A stretch of DNA of 32,000 nucleotides from Candidatus Saccharimonadota bacterium (GTDB lineage: Bacteria; Patescibacteriota; Saccharimonadia; Saccharimonadales; Saccharimonadaceae). Below the pieces are notes generated by a model. The model was not told the DNA's origin, ran no database searches, and worked only from the letters and a program-made list of their open reading frames with translations. The translations under genes and the position numbers were made by a program. The DNA is taken from contig CP075337.1 of the NCBI GenBank assembly GCA_025349965.1, forward strand, positions 90,001 through 122,000, read 5' to 3'. Below are positions 16,686 to 24,009 of the stretch, in pieces (position 1 is the first letter of the stretch; every line of letters starts with the position of its first letter).

Positions 16686-17402
16686 CTAGAGGGCTCCTGC
16701 TGCAATAGAAACAACTTGATTTACGTAGATAAAGAACCCAAGCACAATGAGTGCACTCCCGGCTGCAAATTGAAGGAACTTCTTGTTATTTTCGCGCCAC
16801 TTTTGAATCTTACTGATAGAATGCCCGCTACCCGTGAGCCCCCAGATGATAATGAGGCCGAGGAGAGAAATGATAGTGTAGAGGGCAAGTCCGGCAAGCT
16901 GCCACGACCCCTCTAGTTGTAATAGGGTAAGCGCCGCGACAATGAGCGAAGGTATAATAAAGATAATCTCGGCAATAACTGTTACGAGGCCGAGGCTAAA
17001 TGCTTCGACACTTTGCTTAGTTGCCTTACTACGCTCTGTAAGGTGGTGGGCGAAGGCACGTGGGATCCAGAGCTCGGTGCCTTTTTTGTGCCGGCGGTAG
17101 TAGAAAAGCCAAATGGCGATGCCTATGCCAAGTGTCAGTCCAGCACAGACTGTCCATGCAATGAGAGGAATGCCCCCGTTAAAAAGATGGATGCTGATAA
17201 GTACAGTAAGTGATAAAAGAAGGAGTGTCATCACTCCGGCGCCTGTGATGTACGCGGCGGAGAGCCGGAAGAGCTTTGCGCGTGACTTCTTCGTTCCAAT
17301 TGCATGGCCACTCATAAGTGTCATGACACCAATACTGAGCTGGAAGCTCGCATGCACTAACGCGGCGAGGCCGAGAATTGCGAGTGAAGAGAATGTATCC
17401 AT
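16686..17402 (-). CDS. Polytopic (6-7 TM) membrane protein, first gene of a three-gene operon
   Basis: Hydrophobic throughout. Upstream on the minus strand are TTGACA (17454-17459), an 18-nt spacer, TGgTATAAA (17430-17438), and a GAGGT SD. Confidence 0.7.
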   Translation of the reverse strand: MDTFSSLAILGLAALVHASFQLSIGVMTLMSGHAIGTKKSRAKLFRLSAAYITGAGVMTLLLLSLTVLISIHLFNGGIPLIAWTVCAGLTLGIGIAIWLFYYRRHKKGTELWIPRAFAHHLTERSKATKQSVEAFSLGLVTVIAEIIFIIPSLIVAALTLLQLEGSWQLAGLALYTIISLLGLIIIWGLTGSGHSISKIQKWRENNKKFLQFAAGSALIVLGFFIYVNQVVSIAAGAL

Positions 17403-17499
17403 GTTTATTTTTTATAACCTCTACCATTATTTATACCATAAGCAAAACAGGGGTGTCAAAATAAAAGGGGAGTGTGGGGAGTGTTTTACTATAAGCATA

Positions 17500-17528
17500 T
17501 TGACTTTTTATCAAACTTATGCTAATAT
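17500..17528 (+). promoter_or_regulatory. Promoter TTGACT-17-TGcTAATAT, twin of the 12095 promoter
   Basis: 24 of 29 positions are identical to 12095-12123. A tandem GGGGAGTGT x2 at 17467-17484 lies upstream. Confidence 0.6.
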
Positions 17529-17573
17529 AAGAGTATTAAACAATAAAACAAAAAGAAAGCGAAAAACAAAAAA

Positions 17574-17714
17574 ATGGAAATCGTTTCAGATGCGATTATT
17601 GAACCCGTAACTATGACCGAGGTGCTCTCACTTGCCTCATGGGATCGCCCCCGTTCTTCAGAGGAGCTTAAGGGTTTTATTTCACAGCGTGAATCTGTGC
17701 TCGGTATTCAATAA
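17574..17714 (+). CDS. Possible 46-aa small protein (MEIVSDAIIEPVTMTEVLSLASWDRPRSSEELKGFISQRESVLGIQ)
   Basis: First ATG after the 17500 promoter, behind an A-rich leader with no SD. It ends 6 nt before the convergent GH97 stop. It is below the ORF-track cutoff and no homology was recognised. Confidence 0.3.
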   Translation: MEIVSDAIIEPVTMTEVLSLASWDRPRSSEELKGFISQRESVLGIQ

Positions 17715-17720
17715 CAGTTT

Positions 17721-19667
17721 TTAAGCTGCATAAGGTAACGGTGTTTCACCGTCAATAGCAAGCCGAATTGCACAGCCTCCGCCAGGAGCTAAACGAAGCG
17801 TCAATGTTGTTTCTTTTGACACGTTCTGTGTATCAATAACATAGGCTTCCGGATTACTTTGCCAATCTGCATCATCTGCGTCGCGGTAAATAGTTGCGGT
17901 GTATGAGCGATACTCAGGTAAGAAGGAGAGTGGAATCGTTACGGTGCGCTCATTCTCATCCGTAATAGCGCCAATATACCAATCATCACTTTCGCGGTCC
18001 TTACGAGCGACCACGAAGAAATCGCCAATAACACCATCGAGCGGAATGGTTGTGTCCCAGTTGACGGGCACGTCTTTGATAAACTGTAACGCCGCGTGTC
18101 CACGATAGTGCTCAGGCAAATCTGCAACCATTTGTAGCGGGCTAAAGAGGGTGACGTAAAAGGCGAGTTGCTTGGCAAGGGTAGAGCTGATCTTGCGGCT
18201 TGTGCCGGAAAGGTTAAATAACCCTGGCGTGTAATCAAGTGGCCCAGCCAGCAGGCGAGTAAAGGGGAGAACGGTGGTGTGTTCTGGTGTCACTGCCCCA
18301 CTCCCCTCGTACTCCTGCCCCATCACTCCTTCGCGGGTCATGAGATTTGGCCAGGTTCGTTCAATACCAGTGCCTTTAACGGGTTCATGGATATCGAGCA
18401 TGATCCGGCGTTCAGCGGCCATTTCAACCGTTTTCTGATAATGATTAACCCCAAATTGGGAAGAGTGGAATTCTTTTCCATTAGAGCGAGGGCTGACGTA
18501 GCCGGTTTTAATATAGCGGACGCCAAAAGTGTTGTAATAGTCATAAGCTTCGGGGAGCTGCCATTCGTAATGCGCCATATTGCCGGCAGTCTCGTGGTGA
18601 CCAATGAGGTCAACGCCCTGTGATTTTGCATACTTTGTAATGGCGTGAATATCAAAATCTGGGTAGGGTTGCATGAGGTTCATTTTGTCGCCATTTTGCG
18701 TCCAGTCGCCGTCCCAGCCTTCATTCCAGCCTTCAATGAGGAGGCCGCGGATGCCGAACTCTTTGCAGGCATTGATGTATCGAAAAGCGTTTGCAGTGGT
18801 AGCGCCATGTTTTTCACCACTTCCCCATGTGAAATAGTGGAGGAACATTCCCCACCAGATGCCCATGAATTTTGCTGGTTGAATCCAAGAAGTGTCCTCG
18901 ATTTTTGAGGGTTCGTTGAGGTTGAGCATAATACGCGATGTTGTGAGCCCAACGGCGGTATCTGAGAAGATGACTGTGCGCCACGGCGTGGTGAACGGAA
19001 GGCTGATTTCAGCTGCGTTACCAGTAGAAAGCGGAGTAATTTTACTTTTCAGGCCTTGTTCGGCTGGAATGAGGTTCATGGAGCCATAGTTATAAAGGGC
19101 TGCTTCGTGAATGGCCATAAAGCCACCGTTTTCAAGTTCAAGTGTGAGAGGCGTATGGGCAATACCAAGTTCTTGAATTGGCGTTTTATGATAGAGGTGT
19201 TCGTAGTGATTTTGGCCAAGGGCAGGGATCCACCAGGCAGAGGCATTGCCGTTGATGTTGAAACTTGTTTCTTCGTGAGTGATGGCGGTTTCACTCTCGC
19301 CGTGAAGTTCGTAGCGGAAGCCAAAGCCTTCGTTGAAAAGCCGGAAGCGAATAGTGAATGACTCGCCTTTTACGGCAAGTTCGTTGTAGTTATTGTGAAT
19401 ACTGCGCTGCTCGCCCCAAGGCTGATCCCAGGTTTCGTCAAAAGAGGTATATTCAACCGGAAGTGCATCAGGGGTGTGGGTGAAGTTTTTTTCGTCAGGA
19501 CCGTAGAGCGCAAGGAGTGATTTGTTGATATAGGCGTGATCTTCTTTTTTGACTTCATACCAAAGCTGGTTGACGTGTTCATCAATACCAACGGTAAGAG
19601 TGAGTGCGCCATCTGGCGAACCAAGTGATTTGGATTGGTGCGCTGTTACCAGTTGTGATTCGTCCAT
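17721..19667 (-). CDS. Glycoside hydrolase family 97 (alpha-glucosidase/alpha-galactosidase type)
   Basis: The segment LIGHHETAGNMAHYE...IKTGYV...FHSSQFGVNHYQKTVEMAAERRIMLDIHEPVKGTGIERTWPNLMTREGVMGQEYE parallels the catalytic core of Bacteroides SusB as I recall it. ATG 19667 (MDESQL) is preceded by AAGGGTGG. No signal peptide. Confidence 0.8.
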   Translation of the reverse strand: MDESQLVTAHQSKSLGSPDGALTLTVGIDEHVNQLWYEVKKEDHAYINKSLLALYGPDEKNFTHTPDALPVEYTSFDETWDQPWGEQRSIHNNYNELAVKGESFTIRFRLFNEGFGFRYELHGESETAITHEETSFNINGNASAWWIPALGQNHYEHLYHKTPIQELGIAHTPLTLELENGGFMAIHEAALYNYGSMNLIPAEQGLKSKITPLSTGNAAEISLPFTTPWRTVIFSDTAVGLTTSRIMLNLNEPSKIEDTSWIQPAKFMGIWWGMFLHYFTWGSGEKHGATTANAFRYINACKEFGIRGLLIEGWNEGWDGDWTQNGDKMNLMQPYPDFDIHAITKYAKSQGVDLIGHHETAGNMAHYEWQLPEAYDYYNTFGVRYIKTGYVSPRSNGKEFHSSQFGVNHYQKTVEMAAERRIMLDIHEPVKGTGIERTWPNLMTREGVMGQEYEGSGAVTPEHTTVLPFTRLLAGPLDYTPGLFNLSGTSRKISSTLAKQLAFYVTLFSPLQMVADLPEHYRGHAALQFIKDVPVNWDTTIPLDGVIGDFFVVARKDRESDDWYIGAITDENERTVTIPLSFLPEYRSYTATIYRDADDADWQSNPEAYVIDTQNVSKETTLTLRLAPGGGCAIRLAIDGETPLPYAA

Positions 19668-19790
19668 TTTGCCACCCTTTTGTTTGTTGTTTTGAAGACG
19701 TATTATTACTTTAGAGTATAGCATAGAAGCATGAGCGGAATTGCACAGTGAAGAGTTATTTAATCTACTACTATTCTCTCAAAAAGAAGA

Positions 19791-19836
19791 ACCCCGCACC
19801 AATACGGGAGCGAGGCTCGACCGTGTAGTGCGGGGT
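19791..19836 (-). terminator. Terminator of the 177-aa gene
   Basis: ACCCCGCAC ... GTGCGGGGT is a 9-bp stem with a structured 28-nt interior. On the minus strand it is followed by TTCTTCTTTTT. Confidence 0.55.
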
Positions 19837-19841
19837 ATATA

Positions 19842-20375
19842 TTAGTGCGGGTGCGGCTTTTCGCCGATACCGTGCAGATTCTGCCTCGTCAGTTTACCGA
19901 CAAATTGGATTCCGAGGTAGGCGACAAACCTGACTGGACCCTTGCACCACCACTGGAGGTTGAGTGGGCTTTTGTCGAAAGCGATGACGCCTCCGCCATA
20001 CCCGACAACATTAAAACCTGCCTTTCTGACGATTGCTTCGGCAGCCTGTTTGTGCAGGAACCGGTTAGCGACCACGGCGACGTCTTTGACGCCAAACTCA
20101 TGAAATACCTCGAACGCCTTGTTGAGGAGATCCTGAGTGTCAAGGTACGGTTTGCCGTTCCTGTCCATGTTCGTGGCATCTTTCTGGGTGACGACGAGCC
20201 AAGGCTGTGTCGGCAGTGCCAATGCCGTCTCCCATTGGGCAACCACAACGGTTGGTTCCCCCATTTGCTGGAGGAAATCATCGAGCTCGTCGGCAAATTG
20301 AGCAAGCTTGATATTGACTGGACTTGGCTCTTCTGCGCGCTTTGCGAATGCAAGCACTACGATACCAGTTGTCAC
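19842..20375 (-). CDS. Hypothetical alpha/beta protein (possibly DUF218/YdcF-like)
   Basis: GTG start with AGGAG 5 nt upstream. The segment KPYLDTQDLLNKAFEVFHEFGVKDVAVVANRFLHKQAAEAIVRKAGFNV loosely recalls DUF218. A mirror ORF on the plus strand was rejected. Confidence 0.55.
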   Translation of the reverse strand: MTTGIVVLAFAKRAEEPSPVNIKLAQFADELDDFLQQMGEPTVVVAQWETALALPTQPWLVVTQKDATNMDRNGKPYLDTQDLLNKAFEVFHEFGVKDVAVVANRFLHKQAAEAIVRKAGFNVVGYGGGVIAFDKSPLNLQWWCKGPVRFVAYLGIQFVGKLTRQNLHGIGEKPHPH

Positions 20376-20453
20376 AACTTCTCCTAATCGGGGCTGAAAT
20401 ACCGCTCGGATGAGAGGTGCTTATATTTTATCATATTTCTATAAAAAAGCAAA

Positions 20454-20481
20454 CAAAAAAACCCTTCCTTTGAGGAGGGTC
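20454..20481 (-). terminator. Rho-independent terminator, inferred to be the original tRNA-Met terminator displaced by the islet
   Basis: The minus strand reads AGACCCTCCT-CAAA-GGAAGGGTTTTTTTGTTTG. It begins 13 nt from the left TTGGTAG repeat and has the same layout and TTTTTTGTTTG tail as the terminator after the initiator-like tRNA. Confidence 0.65.
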
Positions 20482-20494
20482 TTTAAATCATTTC

Positions 20495-20501
20495 TTGGTA
20501 G
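20495..20501. repeat. Left copy of the 7-bp direct repeat TTGGTAG (putative attL core)
   Basis: Identical to 26152-26158, which is the reverse complement of the tRNA end CTACCA plus one nucleotide. Confidence 0.5.
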
Positions 20502-20630
20502 AATGGGTTCATTCGAAATGGAACTCAATTCTTTCTGAACTGGTAGCCATGAATCGTATCGTTGAAGCTTCTAGGGATTATGACCTGTTGAGTATTAAGC
20601 GTTAGTGATTGAACTATAGGTGCTAATGGC

Positions 20631-21602
20631 TTACAGATTTTCCACCGACATTTTATGGGTCTCCTTATTAACCCGTAGTTCGTACTCTTTTGTGATGGAG
20701 TGGTGCTGGGTATTCGCCACGCCATCGTTGACTGTGCTGGAAAGCTCATAATCGTCACGCTCTGGTCGCCGCAATAAGACAATTTTGTAATACATTGTCA
20801 CTCTAGCGTTGAGGTAGTAATTCTCATCATCTTCCTTGTAGATGTAGTAATTTTCTAGGACATCGGTCAACCACTCTGAGTCTAAAATTTCCCAATCGTA
20901 TTTGAAGGAGTAGTCAAAGTCGAAAGGACGTTCTTGTTCTGTTATGTCAGCATCGGTCTGCTCTAGGTATGGTTGGAGGGTTTCCAAAATCACCTCTTCA
21001 GTAATGTAGTCAACTGTCTTACTATTCATTTCCAAGAAGCTACCGAGACTCGTATGATACACCACTCTCTCTTGGACGCCCAAGCTTAAGAGTTCATCTC
21101 TAAGTGCTTGACTTAGTTCATTTTTACCGAAATCATCTGAATTTTCAGATATGAAGGCTACTTTCTTTGTAGGGTTTTTGGTTAGATACGCTATCAAGCT
21201 GTACCAAATTAGCGTATCCATAAAGCCACGCCCTCTCGACTTAAACGGAGCAGTTTCATGAACGGCTCTATCGAACAGCTGGTCTACGGTAACATCTCCC
21301 CAGCCGAGGTGCTGCTTAAAGGGCGCTGTGTAATTGTCGAATTTTGCTATAATTGCATCGCTAATCTCCGCCCTACTTACAGAGTTCTCTATCAGGCCAA
21401 GTTTTACCTGTTTCAGCTGTTGAAACTTTCGATATTCGGCATCTGCAGTTGCTAGTGCGTGTTTTTTGACCTCCGCTTCAACGACTGATGGTATGAGCAG
21501 CTTCTTTTCAGACAATAACAAGAACGTACTTAGCGCCTGAAATTCTGGCGTTTCAAAGGAGCTGTTCTTGTCGTAGATGTTTGTATCAAGCAGGATATCC
21601 AT
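20631..21602 (-). CDS. PIN-like nuclease domain protein (DUF4935/PIN_12-like N-terminus) with an unassigned acidic C-terminal domain
   Basis: The motifs MDILLDTNIY, LIPSVVEAEV, GFMDTLIW and ISENSDDF supply the conserved acidic positions in PIN order. Residues from about 170 to 323 are beta-rich and acidic, with no family recognised. Confidence 0.65.
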   Translation of the reverse strand: MDILLDTNIYDKNSSFETPEFQALSTFLLLSEKKLLIPSVVEAEVKKHALATADAEYRKFQQLKQVKLGLIENSVSRAEISDAIIAKFDNYTAPFKQHLGWGDVTVDQLFDRAVHETAPFKSRGRGFMDTLIWYSLIAYLTKNPTKKVAFISENSDDFGKNELSQALRDELLSLGVQERVVYHTSLGSFLEMNSKTVDYITEEVILETLQPYLEQTDADITEQERPFDFDYSFKYDWEILDSEWLTDVLENYYIYKEDDENYYLNARVTMYYKIVLLRRPERDDYELSSTVNDGVANTQHHSITKEYELRVNKETHKMSVENL

Positions 21603-21608
21603 TTACTT

Positions 21609-21617
21609 ATGATACCA
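21609..21617 (-). promoter_or_regulatory. Extended -10 (TGgTATCAT) 6 nt upstream of the PIN-like gene ATG
   Basis: The minus strand reads TGGTATCAT-AAGTAA-ATG. Confidence 0.5.
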
Positions 21618-21705
21618 GTATTACCGAGGCACATAAAATCACCTTGAAACTGGAGTGCAGTGTAGCCCCTACAACAATCTTGTTAAGTTAGGTACAATAG
21701 CGTAA

Positions 21706-22809
21706 ATGGCGTCTATAATTGTTCGGTCAAAGCTGATTAGTAGTATGGTAAAAAACCGCAGGGCTAACTCTGAGGATATTGATGCTGAGCTTAATCTTAA
21801 ATCAACCTCTATCGCAGAACTCCTTGCTGAGGATAGAGATGTTGATTTTAAGGACATTCAGTCTATCGCCAAGTACTTCAAGAAGCCATGGTCATATCTC
21901 CTGCTGGAACATGAGGAGACGATGCCTACGATTGGGCGAGACCATCGTACTGTCCGTAATGTAGAAGCATCATTTTCGAGTGACATGCTCAACGAGTCTG
22001 TATGGGCGGAGGATTACTTAGATGAGGCAAAAGAGCTTAGCGAAGAAGGCTCTTCTCTGTCGCCAACGTTACCTGTCGAACATACTCCAGCGGGTGTGCG
22101 AGACTTTTTTGACATCAGCACTGATGATATTTTTAAACTTCGTGATGATTATGCAGCTCTGAAGCTTTGGGTTCGTAAAATCGAATCTACTGGTGTATAC
22201 GTTGCTCAAAGAAGAATACCCGATGAGACAATTCGAGCTTATTCGACTTCAAAGCATGGCATAGTACTTATAGTTGTTAATACTAGAGACTCTGCTGCTG
22301 CTCGAATCTTCTCTCTTATGCATGAATACTGTCATGTACTATTCAATACTACTGGATTGTGTGATTTTGATGAGCATAATACAGTTGAAACAAAGTGTAA
22401 TCGTTTTGCGGCCGATGTTCTAATGCCAGCTGGCGACCTTGCTGAGAAGAATGACAGCTACGAATTCAATCTCGACCTTATTAAAGATGAAGAACACGCT
22501 ATTTGGCTAAGTAGAAAGTTTAAAGTGAGTCAGGCTGCCATGTTTATCAGGCTGCTAGAAAAGCACTATATCTCCGAGCCAACATACCGTGCTTTAGAGC
22601 GCAGAAGAGCGTTACGAAAGGCGAAGAAAAGCAGCGGAGGAGATTATTATAAGGCAAAAATAAACGCCGTTGGAGTAAAATACGCAAGCCTGGTGCTGGA
22701 TGCCTTAAGTAGAGGTGTTATTAACCGTAAAGATTCAAGTGTTCTCCTAGGGGTGGGTGAATACTCGGTTGTGAGTTTTAAGGAAAACTTGAGGAAAAAC
22801 GTGGAGTAG
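21706..22809 (+). CDS. Fused XRE-type HTH / ImmA-IrrE family (COG2856, peptidase M78) zinc metalloprotease
   Basis: N-terminal HTH-like segment (LKSTSIAELLAEDRDVDFKDIQSIAKYFKKPWSYLL). HEXXH motif in SLMHEYCHVLF. The family-typical FAADVLMP motif is present. TACAAT (21693-21698) lies 7 nt upstream of the ATG. Confidence 0.75.
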   Translation: MASIIVRSKLISSMVKNRRANSEDIDAELNLKSTSIAELLAEDRDVDFKDIQSIAKYFKKPWSYLLLEHEETMPTIGRDHRTVRNVEASFSSDMLNESVWAEDYLDEAKELSEEGSSLSPTLPVEHTPAGVRDFFDISTDDIFKLRDDYAALKLWVRKIESTGVYVAQRRIPDETIRAYSTSKHGIVLIVVNTRDSAAARIFSLMHEYCHVLFNTTGLCDFDEHNTVETKCNRFAADVLMPAGDLAEKNDSYEFNLDLIKDEEHAIWLSRKFKVSQAAMFIRLLEKHYISEPTYRALERRRALRKAKKSSGGDYYKAKINAVGVKYASLVLDALSRGVINRKDSSVLLGVGEYSVVSFKENLRKNVE

Positions 22810-22813
22810 TAAG

Positions 22814-23359
22814 ATGAGTTCTATTACGCCGCTTTACTGTGTAGATACTAATACCTTGGTTAGTTTCTTGAAAGAGTCGGATGATGAGCTGTACGGAAGA
22901 GACGTTTTTGCTCCTCAATGGGAGATGATTGAGTCTTTAATCGAAACGGGTCTAATAATAGCACCGAAGAATGTAAAGTTAGAATTAGATAAGTGGAAAG
23001 CAAGTAGCCCCGAAGTAAAGGAGTGGTTGTCGGCTCATACTTACATGTTTGTAGATATTGACGACCAACAGCTGGTATCATCACGAACTATATTGGGTAA
23101 GTATGAGGCTTACTCGAAAAATGAAAATTATGCTAACGACCTCAGTGTCATTGCACTAGCTCATTCAGCTAATCTTACTGTTATCACTCTTGAGCAGTTG
23201 GCGGCTACTCATGCGGCCACTAAACCAAAAATACCAAATGTGTGCCAAGACTTTGGAGTCAACTGTGTATCGGTTAGTGGTTTCTTGCGGCTTGAAAAAA
23301 TCCGCCAGACGACAGAACCTGCTATTGCTGTCCAAGAATCTTCAATACCCCTGGCATAA
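22814..23359 (+). CDS. DUF4411-type PIN-like nuclease
   Basis: There is a 4-nt gap after the protease gene, with a GGAG SD inside its 3' end. Motifs present: YCVDTNTLV, KLELDK, ANDLSVIALA, VITLEQ and KIPNVCQDFGV. Confidence 0.65.
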   Translation: MSSITPLYCVDTNTLVSFLKESDDELYGRDVFAPQWEMIESLIETGLIIAPKNVKLELDKWKASSPEVKEWLSAHTYMFVDIDDQQLVSSRTILGKYEAYSKNENYANDLSVIALAHSANLTVITLEQLAATHAATKPKIPNVCQDFGVNCVSVSGFLRLEKIRQTTEPAIAVQESSIPLA

Positions 23360-23392
23360 AAATAGACTCGCTTTCTATAGGCGAGTCTATTT
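23360..23392. terminator. Bidirectional terminator between convergent islet genes
   Basis: AAATAGACTCGC / 9-nt loop / GCGAGTCTATTT, a 12-bp perfect stem. Confidence 0.7.
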
Positions 23393-23403
23393 CTTGTCTG
23401 CGT

Positions 23404-23967
23404 TTAGTTCAAATTGAATGTCACGGCTTTGTTATCAAAGAAGCTAAAACTCTGATAAAGCAACTTAAGCCCTGTGTCATCTTTCGGTACTTCGTACGCA
23501 AGCTTGCCAGTGACTTTACCGCCAGGTGCAAGCGAACCGCTATTTAGCTTACCCTCAGAAAGAGCCGTGAATGATTCGCTCTGTTGAACGCCGCTTGAGT
23601 CTTGTAGCTTGAATTCAAACGTGTTGTAGTCCATTGCATCTTTACCGTTGTTGGTAATTTCAACTGTTACGAGTACAAATTCTTTACCAGATTCTGGTTG
23701 TGCAAACTGGTTACCTGTTTGGTAATTGCGCTGAACTTCTTTTACGGCGATAGACTTATCGTTAAAGCTCGCTGTGTCGCCCACCTTAAACTCTGTCTTC
23801 GTTTCTGTATTTGTAGTCGTTGAAGAGTTTGAATCGCCTGTGGTCTTCGTAGGCTCGTTACCATTGCCACTGTTGCCAATTGCACTTCCGATAATCACCA
23901 ATACGATAATGATAAGTACCCACACCCAGAATCGCTTATACCATGCTTTTGGTTGTTTTTTGTTCAT
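23404..23967 (-). CDS. DUF4352-like membrane-anchored extracytoplasmic protein
   Basis: N-terminal TM helix (FWVWVLIIIVLVIIGSAIG), a Ser/Thr/Asn linker, and a beta-sandwich-like body (FVLVTVEITNNGKDAMDYNTFEFKLQD...GKVTGKLAYEVP). AAGGAGG lies 6 nt upstream of the ATG. Confidence 0.7.
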   Translation of the reverse strand: MNKKQPKAWYKRFWVWVLIIIVLVIIGSAIGNSGNGNEPTKTTGDSNSSTTTNTETKTEFKVGDTASFNDKSIAVKEVQRNYQTGNQFAQPESGKEFVLVTVEITNNGKDAMDYNTFEFKLQDSSGVQQSESFTALSEGKLNSGSLAPGGKVTGKLAYEVPKDDTGLKLLYQSFSFFDNKAVTFNLN

Positions 23968-24009
23968 TGAGAGCCTCCTTGACCCGCTTTATTAGTTATT
24001 AGGAACCCC

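Noticed and set aside
19845-20387. 180-aa plus-strand ORF mirroring the 177-aa minus-strand gene
   Set aside because: The minus-strand frame has an AGGAG SD, a GTG start, a downstream terminator with a T-run, and an alpha/beta-like sequence. The plus-strand translation is Cys/Trp-rich and lacks start signals.
20497-20527. A possible displaced tRNA 3' fragment at the left islet end (TGGTAGAATGGGTTCATTCGAAATGGAAC)
   Set aside because: Beyond TGGTAG it does not fold as a T-arm. The stem needs a bulge and the loop length is wrong. It also shows no similarity to the tRNA-Met 3' half. I treat it as an element-side arm with a small hairpin.
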